From assembly GCF_009914755.1 (NCBI RefSeq), contig NC_060927.1: a stretch of DNA of 64,000 nucleotides, one strand, 5' to 3'. The stretch comes from the human T2T-CHM13v2.0 reference genome, Homo sapiens. The position numbers were made by a program, and so were the translations under genes. The first letter of the stretch is position 1. Each line of letters starts with the position of its first letter. Below the pieces are notes generated by a model. It made no database searches and was not told the DNA's origin. It worked only from the letters and a program-made list of their open reading frames with translations. This document shows, in pieces, positions 1 through 14,048 of the stretch.

Positions 1-78
1 GGCTGTCTGATTCACAAATCATTTTTTGCTTAATTAAACTCCATTAAATTACATTCAGCTAAAGTTTTTCTTTTAACA
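1..78 (+). mobile_element. 3' end of an ERV1 LTR (LTR8/MER4-group-like), cut by the window edge
   Basis: Ends ...taattaaactccattaaatt...ctaaagtttttcttttaaca, resembling the LTR8-type U5 terminus with terminal CA. Confidence 0.55.
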
Positions 79-1411
79 AAGAAATGAGAAGTACAATTAC
101 ATAATAAAAAAGTTTCAGATCATTATGAATATTTAACTACCTAATCTAAGTGAACTTTATAATGTAGTCTGAGTAGAAAAACTTTAACAAGACAATAAGC
201 AAAAAAAAATTGAGAAATCTCTCATCAAGTAACAGATTTTATTTAATATATATACATAAGCACGAATATACAAATATATGAATATATATGATCATATATA
301 ACAATTATTGCATGTATTACATATACAACTATATGTATATAATTTAAAATAATTTTCATTAAATTTTCAGAATTGGTATCACTGAAATATTCTTTGATCA
401 GAGTGCAATTAGTTTATAAATGAATAATATAAACAAAAAGAGAAAAGACATTCACTCAGCTGAAACAAAAGGCCTTTAGACAATTTATGAGTCAAAGAAG
501 AAATCATAATCAAAATTTAAAATGCATTTACAGCTGGACCATAAAAGTATTATTATACTGCAAAGTGCCTGCTTCAAGTCTTCAGTCATTGTTTTTCCAG
601 TTGTATTTCATACAATAGTCAGTCATTTCTTTCAGGCTGCAATAATTTCAGCATATTTTCCTAATCTCTACATGTCCTTTGTTTTTGCTACCATTTTTTC
701 AAATACACTTTCAGTGGCCATTAAAAATAATTTACACACTCCACATAGACAACAAACAGACACAAACACAGACATAGACAAAGTGCACATTAGTAAAGAA
801 GTATTTTATATTTCACATTGTATATATTATATATTATGGATTGTATTATAAATTTTGTATTATATATAATTCTATATTATAAAGTATACAATACATATTT
901 CACACACAATATTATATATCATATAGTCTATTTTCTATATTATATATGTATCATAAGTTATATTGTTTTTCCTAGAGAATGTCGAGACAAATAGCATTTT
1001 TAATAATAAAAACTGGGGTGTGACATTGAAGAACTCACCTCAGTTATTACAGTAGTAATCACGTGTCCGGTACTTGTCTGTAATTATGGCAATCGTCTCT
1101 CTCTCACACTCTCTGTTCCTATCATCCCTAAAATATTTGAGGTTGCTTATAAAAATAAGTGCAACATTAAAACATAAACTAAACAAAGGATTTGAGTAAA
1201 GGATGGAACATAGCTAAGCCAACGATGAACTGAATGTGCAGAAATGTTTTTATAATGCTTAACACATGGCTAGAGTTTGACCAGACAGTTGTATTTTTGC
1301 TTACCCAAAGCACAGAATCTGCAGAAGCTCAGATTTTCCCTGATTTGGAGAATAGAGAAAAATATCTAAAAATCTTATTGAAATATACTCAAAATATATT
1401 AAATTATATTC

Positions 1412-1712
1412 TTTTTTTTTTTTTTTTTTTTGAGACAGAATCTCACTCTGTCACTCAGGCTAGAGTTTCATGGGGCGATCTCGGCTCACTGCAACTCTGC
1501 CTCTCTGGTTCAAGTGATTCTTGTGCTTCAGCCTCCCGAGTAGCTGGGACCACAGAAGTGCACCACCATGCCTGGCTAATTTTTGTATTTTTAGTAGAGA
1601 TGGGGTTTCATCATGTTGGCCAGGCTGGTCTCAAATTACTGGCCTCAAGTGTACTGCCCGCCTCGGCCTCCCAAAGTGCTGGGACTACAGGGGTGAGCCA
1701 CCATGCCTGGCC
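1412..1712 (-). mobile_element. AluS (Sx/Sz-like), full length
   Basis: Poly-T 1412-1431, then the reverse complement of both Alu arms ending ...ccatgcctggcc. Confidence 0.95.
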
Positions 1713-2541
1713 CTTTTTTCTCAATTCTTAATATGACATCACTCAATTGCTTTTTGCTTCTGGGCAGAGGATAAGCTGTAAGAGTGGCTCTCATAGATTT
1801 GCAGATATCCCTAATAGTAATATCCCAAAGCTCCTATGGCTGTGATATGGAAAGAGAGAAATGATCTACTTTCTCCTGGGTGCTCTGGAGGGCACTGGTC
1901 TACACGGTATGGAATGGTGGAGCAAAATGTTATTTATATAAATATTTTAAAAATATAACTGTAGATAAATGTTTAACTTTATTAATATTTAGAGTAAGGA
2001 TAGTCAGAGGCACCTCCACACTAATCATAGTTCAGATGGTCACATGTAAAGGTATTTTGAGGGAAGAGCATATGTACTTTATATGGACAGAACTCACAGT
2101 GCTGCATTCACATATTATCCACTTTTAGCAAATAGTGAAATGACACATTTTTACATGGATGATGCTGTTTACATGGATTTATAAACTATATACTTTTAAT
2201 TGAAACCAGCTAGGTATATCTTACTGCATTTTAAGACAGTCCCATCGTGAACATTTGGGAAAATATTATATATCATAACCTAGTACATAATGTTCAAAAA
2301 TGGTTACAGAAGTAGCTTAATATGTTGGGGATAAACATAAAAAAAGCAAATATAATGATTACATATCTAGATTGTGAAACCTCAGATATCATTAAATGTA
2401 TGCTATTATTGATGAAACATACCATGAATGAAGCTAGTTCCAGTTGCTGGAAGGTTGCTATAATGTCCGAGTGTTCACTTTCCTCATTGCTCAAAAGGAT
2501 TCATTCTACGAATACAGTGGATCCCTTAAAAAGAACAACTT

Positions 2542-2929
<388 letters not shown>

Positions 2930-4307
2930 TCAGTTTTTTTTTCCCCCTGCAGTGGGGTTCCACCTTGAATGACAGCCTTTGTTATATGTAATACGTCCTG
3001 CTTCTGTGCATGTAGACACTGCCATAATGAAAATTGACAAAATCACTTAACCAGTAAAATAACCATACAACTAAAATAGTGAAAGGTTTACATCTTATGA
3101 AGATAGTTGGTATGACAACAGAAACTCCCAGATGGATCCTCTAGCAAATTGGAGAAAAGCCAGATGATTTCCTAGATTAAATTAATTTACAGCTTTCTGT
3201 AATACACTGTTATCAAATTCTGCAATTGATTTTAACAGCTTCCATGGTAAATTTAATTAATTATCTAATATCTATTCCTGTCTCCAATAAATGCAGACCT
3301 GCATGTCTGTCTTGCTCATTATCAGATTGATGTGGATATAGAATAGGTACTTTGTTAAATTATTGTTGGTCGAATATATTAATCACTTAATATTGTTTTC
3401 CTCTAGAAATGCCTTCAATCTGACAGTGTTCTTTAGAATTTTGATTTCTAGTGTTTAATATAATAGTTCAGATATTTATGGAGTATATAGAGGTTAGTAA
3501 TATACCCTAACTTGAACTTACAATCTACTGAAGCCAATAATTTTTTTGTTTTTTTCTCACAAACTGTTGAGTTATATTTTTCTCCTTAGACTCATGTATT
3601 TTTTGAAATATAAATTATTACCATTATTATTATATTTTAAATATTATAATATTTGATCCATTTGGAGCCCAATACTATCATTCAAAATATAAACTGTCTT
3701 TCTCAGCTTTGTGATACCTGAAACGCCCATTATCAAAGTCAACATCTAAATCTAAAATACGTGTTGAACAGGTCAGAACTGAGGGCAAATTCTACAATAT
3801 GCAGAAAAAGTCACTTTCCAGTTAGCCATCTGTTCCTTTCTTAATACTACCTGAACACAAGCATTGGGCTGCTGCAAATTTGCCTAGTGGCATACTCATT
3901 CAATGTACATTTACCCATGTTATCTATAAGCATTTCATGAGATTACTTGATAACTATGTTTCTAGATTCTAGATTTGGAATCTTAAACACTAGTTACTGA
4001 AGTTAGGTAGGAGAGTGAAGCCTGATTAGATTATCGAGAAATTTTAAACAAATAACTTGAAAAATTACTGATGACAGTGGTATAAAGACAATCATCTTGT
4101 ATCAGATCAGTGATCATGAGATGGGATAGCATTTCCTATTAAGCCATTAACTCTCTTGTCCTGTCTAAAACCTGAATAGTATAATAAATATTTCTCTGCT
4201 TATGTCTGATTAGCACCTCATACACATATTTTTTCAACAAACATTTTCTCTGTATATCTCCCTATATAATACTGTAAAAAAATTATTTCATAAAAAGGAA
4301 CTGTTTT

Positions 4308-4495
4308 TGGTTGACTAATCAATAGACAGAATTACATTTTCTTTACACTATCAAATGTACTCTATGTAAACCTTGCCATATTGAAGAAAATACTTTTTAA
4401 ATGGTTGACTAATCAATAGACAGAATTACATTTTCTTGACACTATTAAATGCACTCTATGTAAACCTTGCCATATTAAAGAAAATACTTTTTAAA
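4308..4495. repeat. Tandem duplication, 2 x 94 bp
   Basis: 4308-4401 and 4402-4495 both read tggttgactaatcaatagacagaattac...aaaatactttttaaa; 4 substitutions counted by eye. Confidence 0.95.
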
Positions 4496-4966
4496 AGTCT
4501 GAGGTGCCCAGACCAGAGCCCCTGACCTGCCAGCCTGTGGGCCAGAATCAGCATGCCTACGATAAGCAAAAGGGCCATTGGTAATGAGAATGTCCTACTT
4601 GTCCCTGGTGAGAGACAAAGAGAAGTAAAAGCTCACTATCAATTCTAGAGATAACCTTCTTCCATTAGCCCCAATGAGTTGCCTTAGCCAATTAAGTTTA
4701 CTGGGAGTCTCAGACCCTTGACCCAGCAGACAGCTTCCTGCAGTGGCAGAGAGGCAGCTGCCTGAACATTTTTCTTTGGCGTCTCGACTTCTGGATGAGC
4801 TCTCTGGTGGCTCACGGACTCCAGAGTTTCCCCTTGGGCAATGCAATTCACCTCTTCCTTATTTGATGTTATGGAATTCCTTCCCTGCCTCTTCCTGTTT
4901 TCTATACCTGTTGGGGCAAACAAAATTTGGCCACGTACTTGGGAGCCAATTTTGAATTGGTTAATT

Positions 4967-5014
4967 CAATTGAATTAATTGAATTGAATTGAATTAATGA
5001 ATTGAATTGAATTG
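4967..5014. repeat. (GAATT)n simple repeat
   Basis: caattgaattaattgaattgaattgaattaatgaattgaattgaattg. Confidence 0.85.
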
Positions 5015-5597
5015 TACTGTATAGGTGATTTGATGTATTAAAACACATTAATTACTTAATATGTTTAGGCATATATACAGGTATTGTGATATGTGTTGTG
5101 TCTAACAGGCTGTCAAATTGGCTTGTAAATAAAAGAGTAATCATAAATTAAATAAGACTAGTCAAAGCTTATCAGTTTGAAGTGAATGTAATGTCTTCTA
5201 AAATTTAACTTTAAGATTTTTATCTGGGTAAATCATTTTAAAATGGTTAAAATGGCTTTAAATGATGACTAGCTTTGCATGGTATCTTGGTACTTGGAGG
5301 TGGTTCACTGTTAAAAGTGGAAGAGTTAAATACATGTGAATGGAATAGATGCTTAAATAGTGAACTTATTGTGTTTAAATCTTAAAATGGTAGAATGTTT
5401 TTTTGTCTACAGAATGCCAATGTCTGGCAGGCAGTTCAGGACTTTTTTCTTCTTATGCTTATATAAAATGTACCAAAGAAATGTAGTCTTTATTGGGAAA
5501 AACACTTTTGTCTAATTTGGAAATTATTAAAAGAGAGGTTCAAAGTATGAGGGAACCCATAAGTAGAAAAGAGAGATGTAAAGAATGTTATGAATAG

Positions 5598-6003
<406 letters not shown>

Positions 6004-6431
6004 CTACAGTTAAATGACTGGTTATTTAAGAAAGATAGTATAGGACAACTCAGAAAGTTCAAGCATGTTGGAGGTGGTCTGCCTAGTCTGGGAAGGTGAG
6101 AGTACTGCCCCTTTCCAGAAAACAAAGACCGTTCAACCATCCTCATTGGAACAGGGGAAAAATATCTCTATAGACCCAATAAGGCAACAAAGATAAACTT
6201 CATACCCTGTAGGCTCTCTTTGTGTGTTCCAGCTGGGCTCATTTTTGTTCGTGGCCATAAGTAGGAAAAACTCACATCCTGTAACCACTCCCAACTTCCT
6301 AGAGACTCATGTGTTCTTTTAAGAGTAGCTTTCCCTTATAAATGAAAAACTTAGACCTGAGGTGAATGTACCTTGGCCACCCTTGTCCCTCAGGGGTCAC
6401 TGTCTATAACCCCATAAGACTCAAGAATAAC

Positions 6432-6924
6432 AGAAGTAAGTGAGCAGATTAATTCTGGCAGGAATCAGGGAAGTGATAAGACTAGTAGCACCCTGGGATG
6501 GCTTTGCTCATCACTGGTCAACCCTAAAGAATTTGACTCAAACCCTAGAATCTTTAGCCATCAACACAGCTCAGACAGTAAAGGAATTCAAGAGTCCCCA
6601 GATTCTTTGGCAAATGTAGTTCTCAATAACAGACTAGTGTTGGGTCATCTACTAGCTGAACAAGGTGGAGTCTGTGAAGTTATTAATAAAACCTGCTGCA
6701 CATGTATTAACAACTCTGGACAAGTTGAGATTAACATTCAAAAGCTCTCTGAGCAAGCTACATGGCTACATAGATATAACCAGGGCACTGACCCCAACTA
6801 TGTCTGGTCAACTATGAAAAATACCTTTCCAAGTCTCACCTGCTTTTTTTACCTACCTCTTTTGGGACCTTTGATAGTTGCCTTGTTGTTACTAATTTTT
6901 GGCCCTTGCTTGTTTAAACAGTAA
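6432..6924 (+). pseudogene. Gamma-type env pseudogene (furin site, fusion peptide, TM subunit), envV/ERVV-like
   Basis: R-S-K-stop at 6432-6443; fusion-peptide-like LILAG...APWDGFAHH; ORF 6607-6924 has an ISD (LNNRLVLGHLLAEQGGVC), CX6CC (CEVINKTCC) and a TM helix (LLGPLIVALLLLIFGPCLF). Confidence 0.88.
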
Positions 6925-7187
6925 AGTTTGTGTCTTCTAGATTACAACAGCTCCGGGTAAATACAATGCTGGCACAGTGCTTCCAACCCATCCCACCTGC
7001 TGACCTGGAGAATAAAAGCCTCCTGTCTGTGGGCCTCTCAGATGAGGTATCTAAAGATTTTTACTCTTTTGGTGCTAGGAAGGGCCTATGCTCATAAACT
7101 CAGCAGGAAGCAGTTACAGAAGAGGGACTTCTGTCTTTCTGCAACCCTGTAAGATTAAGGAGGAGTTTCTAATCTCTGAGTGTGGAG

Positions 7188-7669
7188 TGAGCTAGGAGGT
7201 GGGCCTTGACTCTGGTGGTGGGGCTTGGACACTGGACCAAATTGAGGACTAGCTAAAACAGATCCAGGGCAGAAGTCGCTTTTCATAATACATGCCCACC
7301 AGTGTGCAATGTTAGTTTACCATTGCCCTGGCAACAAGGAAGTTACTGCTCCTTTCCATGGCAATAACCTGACAACCTGGAAGCTACCACCCTCATCGTA
7401 GAAATTTCTGTATAAATTGCCCCTTAATTTGCATATAATTTAAAGTGGGCCTAAAAATGACTGCAGAACTGCCTCTGAACTGCTATTCTGGGCACGCTAT
7501 CTATGGGGTGGCCCTGCTCCACAAGGAGCAGTACCTAGATGCTGTACACTGCCACTTCAATAAAAGTTGCTATTTAACACCACCAGCTTGCCCTTGAATT
7601 ATTTCCTGGGCAAAGCCAAGAACCCGAACAGGCTAAGCCCCAGTTTCAGAACGTATCTGCCCTGCATCA
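7188..7669 (+). mobile_element. MER66-type LTR (3' LTR of the provirus)
   Basis: TG...CA termini (tgagctaggagg...ctgccctgcatca); ggaccaaattgaggactagctaaaacag; octamer ATTTGCAT 7427-7434; AATAAA near 7559. Confidence 0.85.
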
Positions 7670-9497
7670 TTATTGCATTATCATGTCTCCTTTATGGGAT
7701 AGTTAACAGCATTTTTCAGCTAGTTTCAGCAACCCACAAAACCAGATTGCCAGCAGTATGAGCCTCTGCCACAGGGAAAGATATTGCTGGAACAAATATG
7801 GGTGGTTGAATGCTATTTTCAAAACTGGCATTTTTGACACACATACAATTTCAGTTTCTGTACTGCCCCATTCTTCAATCTCATTTTAGAGCTTGATGCT
7901 ACTTTGGTTTCAGTTAAAGAAAGTACATCATTCATAAAATCTGTAATTTGCTGGACAAATTGTTATGTTATATTGTGGTGAATGAATAAAGCTTAGGTAA
8001 ATGTATCTCTGGCATACGTCTGGTCTCATTTAAACAGAAAGTGATAAATGCAATAAAGTCATTATCATTTTCAAGTTCAGGAGCTCTTAAGGCTGAAGTC
8101 TATTTACACACTAGTTCACTTGGTAGTATGTTTGTCTTCTGCTACATGTATATTCAGTATCAGAAAATGCCAGAAACCCATACGATATATACCAAATAAT
8201 GAAAATAATAAAAGTAACAGACAATAAGACTCTTAGTTTGCAGTGATGAAGGGGGAAATGGCAATCAAGGTAGATTAATGAGATGAATGATAATTCTCAT
8301 ATGGAAAAGAATGAATTTTCATTTCCAGCAAGTGAAGAGGATATGCCTACTGAGAACATAAATAAGAAAAATCAGCTGTTGAAAATAGAATGTGAGGAAT
8401 ATTTGTTCTTATCCGATAATGAATTAGATTTTAGTGATGAGAATAATAATGATTCTATTACTGATGCAAAAGAAAACCAAAAGTAGACTTGAAGATAGGA
8501 CCATCAAATGGCTTCTTTGTGAAAAATGGAATCTATAGATTCTTAAGGAGAAAAATAGGAAAATCTAAGGATAAAAGGGATAAATGAAACATATAACAAT
8601 GTCATGAGAAAAAGATTTTTTTTACTTTTATTATTATTGGCATCAGTTATAGAACTAGTATGATTGAGAAATTCATTTATAATTTTAGCTCAAATCTGTA
8701 CTACTAATCTCAAGTACACACTATAATAATAAATCATGAAAGTTTCAGAAAAAAGCTTGTTAAATGAAACAACTACTAATATTTTATTCTTCAATGCATC
8801 TACTAATCTTTTTGAAAAATTTGTTGGATATATGTCTAATTTACCTAAACTGAGATTTCTTAAATCTAAGAAAGTGTTCTAAGTTAGCATACTTGTAAAA
8901 GTGAACACATTATTTAAAAAGAAGGCACATATTCAAGAATATAAGGTATTTATAAATATGAATATAAATAAATGACATTTATAAATATTTCTCAACTGTG
9001 TGTAGAAATAGAAAAGTGAGAATAATTTTCCTTCTCTTCTGGAGGTAGATAGGAGGAAGGATTTGATTCATATGCACTGAAATTGTATAGTGTTATTGTT
9101 ACTTGACACTTTATTTATGAAAGACATCTAGTGAAAAAATTCTGAGAAAATAAATTAAACATTTTTCTAAATTTTAAGAAGGTGGATATCCAGAAGCTCA
9201 GCAGAAAGGTAGCTAAGTTTTCAAAGCTGATGTAATATTCATGATGCTGAAGAGTATGGGAAGATTAAAACTAGTCTTGGTAAGGCTGAGTTTTGAGGTC
9301 TGGAGCAGCTTTCAGTTCCAGGACACATTTCAGCCTATGTTTAGTTTAGAACAAAAATTTTTTAAAAATTCTTTAAATTTTTGAGGAAAGATGAGGATTT
9401 GGCATGGTATTTGGGGAGTGTGGCCCAACCAGCTCTCCTGCTCCCTTACTCGAAGTGCAAAGTTAACACATAAATCCTCACATGGAAGAAGAATTCT

Positions 9498-9718
9498 GGC
9501 CAGGCATGGTGGTTCATGCCTGTAATCCCAGCAGTTTGGGAGGCTGAGGCGGGAGGATCACAAGGTCAGGAGAGTGAGCCATCTTGGCCAACATGGTGAA
9601 ACCCTGTCTCTACTAAAAATACAAAAATTACCTGGGCGTGGTGGTGCGTGCCTGTAATCCCGGCTAATCGGGAGGCTGAGGCAGGAGAATCGCTTGAACC
9701 AGGGAGTCAGAGGTTGCA
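9498..9718 (+). mobile_element. AluSc-type (Sc5-like), 3'-truncated, no poly-A
   Basis: ggccaggcatggtgg start; gaaccagggagtcagaggttgca, then abrupt loss of Alu similarity. Confidence 0.9.
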
Positions 9719-9899
9719 TTGGAGGAAATAAACAAACTTACCCACACGACAGAATAGAAAATCCACTGTAGCTACCAATATTAATCAGCTTAGATCTTTC
9801 TTTTAAAAAAATGCAGGGCCAAAGCTTTGCTAATTGAAGAAAACCCACAGTACATATGAGAAGGATCATAATAACCAAAAGATCAAACACAGGAAAGAA

Positions 9900-10545
9900 A
9901 GAAGTCACTGATTAAAGGAAATTTAAAAGAAAATATCTAAATTTCTGCTCTTAGCAAGATAATACTTTTAGAAATTAAAATATTGATGAATTAAAAAATA
10001 AAAAAGAGGGCTACAAGATCCAATGAGAAAACTTGTCAGATTATAGATTAAAGAGAAAAGAAACTGAAACTAAAATAAGTGAAAGTTTAGATGCATAGAG
10101 GATAAATTCAGAAGATTCAATATCTTCTCAAAGAGTGTGAAAAGATAACAATAAGTAAAATCGAGATTTAACAATAATCTAATCTTTCCTGAAAGAAAAT
10201 ATTTTAGGGCTGAGCAAAAAGACTAGTATTCAAATTTCATGGGTGCTCAAACTCTAAATAGAGTTCATTTATACATTTATTCAACAAAATTTGTGTATGT
10301 CAACCACGTCATGCTCTTCTAAGAGCTGAGGATATAACTATACATAAAACAGATCCTTACCTAATGAAAGTCCTTTTGAAAGTTAAGAACAACAAAGGAA
10401 AAAAAGGAAAAAACCCTTAAAGCATCTTATGGAGAAAAAGCAAGCTACCCATAAACATACAAACATCAAGCATTCGTACTGGCATTAGCTTTCTCATCAG
10501 CACACTGGATGTCAGAAAGAGTGCAGTGAAGATTTTAGAGTTCCG
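9900..10545 (+). mobile_element. Old L1M/HAL1-like ORF1 fragments with an embedded L2 3' fragment (~10264-10370, minus)
   Basis: gaggataaattcagaagattcaatatc and ctttctcatcagcacactggatgtcagaaag resemble L1 ORF1; ttcatttatacatttattcaacaaa is an L2 tail. Confidence 0.5.
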
Positions 10546-10841
10546 AGGCCAGAGGAGATTCTGCAGATCCAGACACAGAGATGCCAGAAGCCATAGCTGA
10601 AAGTAAGGACTCGTGTTACCTATCTACGGATAAAACTGAAGCAAGTAAAAGCCAAGCATTTGTCACACTGGTTTGGAGGATTCTGCCAAGATGTGCATGA
10701 GCTTCTCTTGGGCTAAGTGCATAAAGACCCTCACTATGCTTCCCTTCAAAATGTGCTAACAAGTAAGCCTTTCAAAACACATGAAAGCTTTTCATCAATA
10801 TATTGGAGGTAATGAGAATCTTTAGTATGAGATTCAAGATG

Positions 10842-11161
10842 TGTATCAGTCTGTTCTCACACTGCTAATAAAGACATATCTGAGACTGGGTAATTTATAA
10901 AGGAAAGAGGTTTAATTGACTCACAGTTCCACATGGTTAGAGAAGTCTCACAATCATGGCAGCAGGCAAGAGAGCTTATGCAGGGGAACTCCCATTTATA
11001 AAACCATCAGATCACGTGAGATTTATTCACTATCATGAGGACAGTATGGGGGAACCTGCCCCCATGATTCAATTATCTCTACCTGACCCTGCCCTTGACA
11101 TGTGGACACTATTACAATTCAAGGTCAGATTTGACTGGGGACACAGAGCCAAACCATATCA
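10842..11161 (-). mobile_element. THE1 (THE1D-like) solo LTR with a short internal deletion
   Basis: tgtatcagtctgttctcacactgc...gagccaaaccatatca. Confidence 0.9.
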
Positions 11162-12789
11162 AGCTTCTTCAAGATTTGGCATCTATTTATCATTTCAACT
11201 GATACGTTTTTAAAACAATATTTTATCTTCCAAACTGCCTCATTCTCTGTCTACTCAATGTCCTTGTGCATATTGTCCCTTTTCTTTTCTACCCCTAGAA
11301 CACTTCTTATCATTAACCTGCATTTAAAATGTCATTGTTCCTGAGAAGATTCCTGCAATAGTGCTGGTTTTGGTCAGGTGCCCCCCTTCACGCTTCCAGG
11401 ACACCTGGTGCAAATTTCTCTTTCAGGATGGGAAACATTACTTTTGGTCATTTGACGGCAAGCATGTACCTTGTACATTTCTACAATTATAGTAACTAGA
11501 AAAGTTCTTGAACCTTGGATGTTCTAAATAAATGCTTAGTAATTGAAAGAAAAAGGAAGTGGCTGGCCTTTTTGGGCTGAGGGATAATTAAGAAAATGTA
11601 ATACAAACCGCAATGGCTTTGAAATTTGAGGTAGACCATAGTCTATGATATTCAAAAGAGGTTTTAAACTTGAAGAGTACAAAAATAAAAACAGATCTTT
11701 AAAAATAATGATTGAATCCACATCACATAACATTTAACTTTAGCATAAAAGTATATGCCTACTGATAAATCCTGTTCTTTGGATTCAGATACCAACTTCA
11801 AGTTTTGCCTCAACCAGGAACTATAGAGAACACCGAACCGGTCTTTCTGTTCTGATCTGATATGGATTCGCCTTTCAGGCTTGATTGATCTTGTACTATG
11901 TGAACTGCATTGCTATTGTTCCACCAGATAAGCTTTGGTAGTTTCAAGGCTCTTATTTTTATTTGGAGACCATTATCCTCCTTTAAAAATGTGGTTGCTT
12001 GAAGTTTGCTTTAATTACCTTAGCCTAACATTGATTTTTACAAAGGTTAGAATCTTCCACAATGCAAATTTTTGAGCTACTAGGCTCAATGAAGCAATTT
12101 GCATGTGGGCTTAATGTAGCAATTTGCATCTCTGTGTTTTCTGTGTTTTGTTAAGGATCTTTCCTGCATAGGAGAGGCATTTGGTCCAGGTCTAAAATTC
12201 ACAGGCCTCAAATTTTGATTTTACCTTTGATACAAACCTTCTAGTGGATAACAAAATTTCATTGCATTTTGCTTCGTTTGTGTGTATTATATGCACGATT
12301 ATGAAAATGTTAACATTTAAAATATCCCATGAATTTTAGATCTCTGTTTTATTATTTTAGACCTCTATTATTTAGACCTCTTGTTTATTATTTATTTTTA
12401 AGCTATCAGAAAACCCTGAAGATTAGGCAGGTTTTCTCAATTGCAGAGAGGCCCTCTGGCCCTTCAGTTGTACTTTCTCCCCTCAGCTATGAGATCTGCT
12501 ATGTTGAAAAAATAAAATAAAATGTTGTGTTCTACCCATTTAAATGGAAAATATGACTTCCTATTTGGATTCAACTTTCCTAAAAAAGCTTTACCATTAG
12601 ACAGTGTGGGCTTTTTATAGTTTGGCAGTGGTGAATTTTATCAATTTGGACTTTAATAAGGAGCTAACTTTCTAAATTAGTGAAAGTTATGAAAAACTTA
12701 CAAATGAAATTTAAAACCGTGATTTGGAATATTTGATGGGGCATATTGAGATGCAGAAAAACTAGAGGTATTCAAAGTATATTCCAAGT

Positions 12790-12890
12790 TCTAGAATGCA
12801 TTAAGAGGTAGGAGAAGCAAACAAAGCAGTAATTTATTAGAACTAGCATGGGTTCACCAAGAACAATTTGTGTGAGGCTCTCATTTTTTA
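12790..12890 (+). mobile_element. L3/CR1 LINE RT fragment
   Basis: agcatgggttcaccaagaacaa encodes the CR1-typical (Q)HGFTKN motif. Confidence 0.55.
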
Positions 12891-13199
12891 GTATCTCAAA
12901 CTCTGTGCCTTTTCAAATAAATCACAAATATCTTGAAAATTTATCACTCAACTTATAGCTCTTCAAGACTGTAGATGCTAGTTTACATATTGTTGAACTT
13001 CAATAAAGAAATAATTGAGTTTTGAAAAAATATAGTAGATAAATCATACCATATTTAGTCACATAAATCATCATGACATGTAAAATAATATTCTGGACAA
13101 GATAAACATATTTTATCAACTTACATGATGATGACTTAGAGATTTTTCTTACTAGGGTGTTTAATTTGAATTGACAAAGTTGTTTCAAGGGACAGAGGA

Positions 13200-13753
13200 T
13201 GTGCTGGGAGATAGAATTGCCCAGGCCATCCCCAAGTTCAATGATTTGCTAGAAGAACTCACAAGACTCAGCATATAGTTGTACTCATGGCTATTATTTA
13301 TTACAGCAAAATGATACAAAGCAAAATCAGCCAATGGAAAGTGTACATAGAATGAATCTGGATGAAATCAGGCTGGGATTCAAAAAGTCCTCTTCCAGTA
13401 AAGTCACAGGGGACATGCTTAATTTCCCCAGCAATTAATGTGACAACATGCATGAAATATTGTCTACTGGAGAATCTCATTAGAAGAGGCCAACTGAATT
13501 TGTACTGGAGACTGGCCACATAAGCATCTTTGACTTAGTATGTACCAAAACTCCAGGTTTTCAGAAGAAACGCACAAGATCTGAACAAATCCTATTGTTT
13601 GTACAAACAGTTTAGGTACAGTGAGCTACTACAGAATTCTGAGAATGGTGGGAATACTCACAAAATCCAGATGACAGCCAAGAGCTTACCACATAATCAG
13701 GGCATTCTAAAAATAGTATTTTCATGCCTGCTATATTCACCTTTTTCTTCACA
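13200..13753 (-). mobile_element. MER68-like (MER21 group) solo LTR
   Basis: gactcagcatatagttgtactcatggct; ttgtttgtacaaacagtttaggtacagtgagc; ends gcctgctatattcacctttttcttcaca. Confidence 0.8.
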
Positions 13754-14048
13754 AAAATAAATAGCAAACGGGAGGAGGTTCTAAGATGGCCAAATAGGAG
13801 CAGCTCCAGTCTACAGCTCCCAGCATGAGTGATGCAGAAGACGGGCGATTTCTGCGTTTCCAACTGAGCCTCCACTGGTGATACCCAGGCAAACAGGGTC
13901 TGGAGTGGACCTCCGGCAAACTCCAACAGACCTGCAGCTGAGGGTCCTGACTGTTAGAAGGAAAACTAACAACAGAAAGGACATCCACACCAAAACCCTA
14001 TCTGTACGTCACCATCATCAAAGACCAAAGGTAGATAAAACCACAAAG

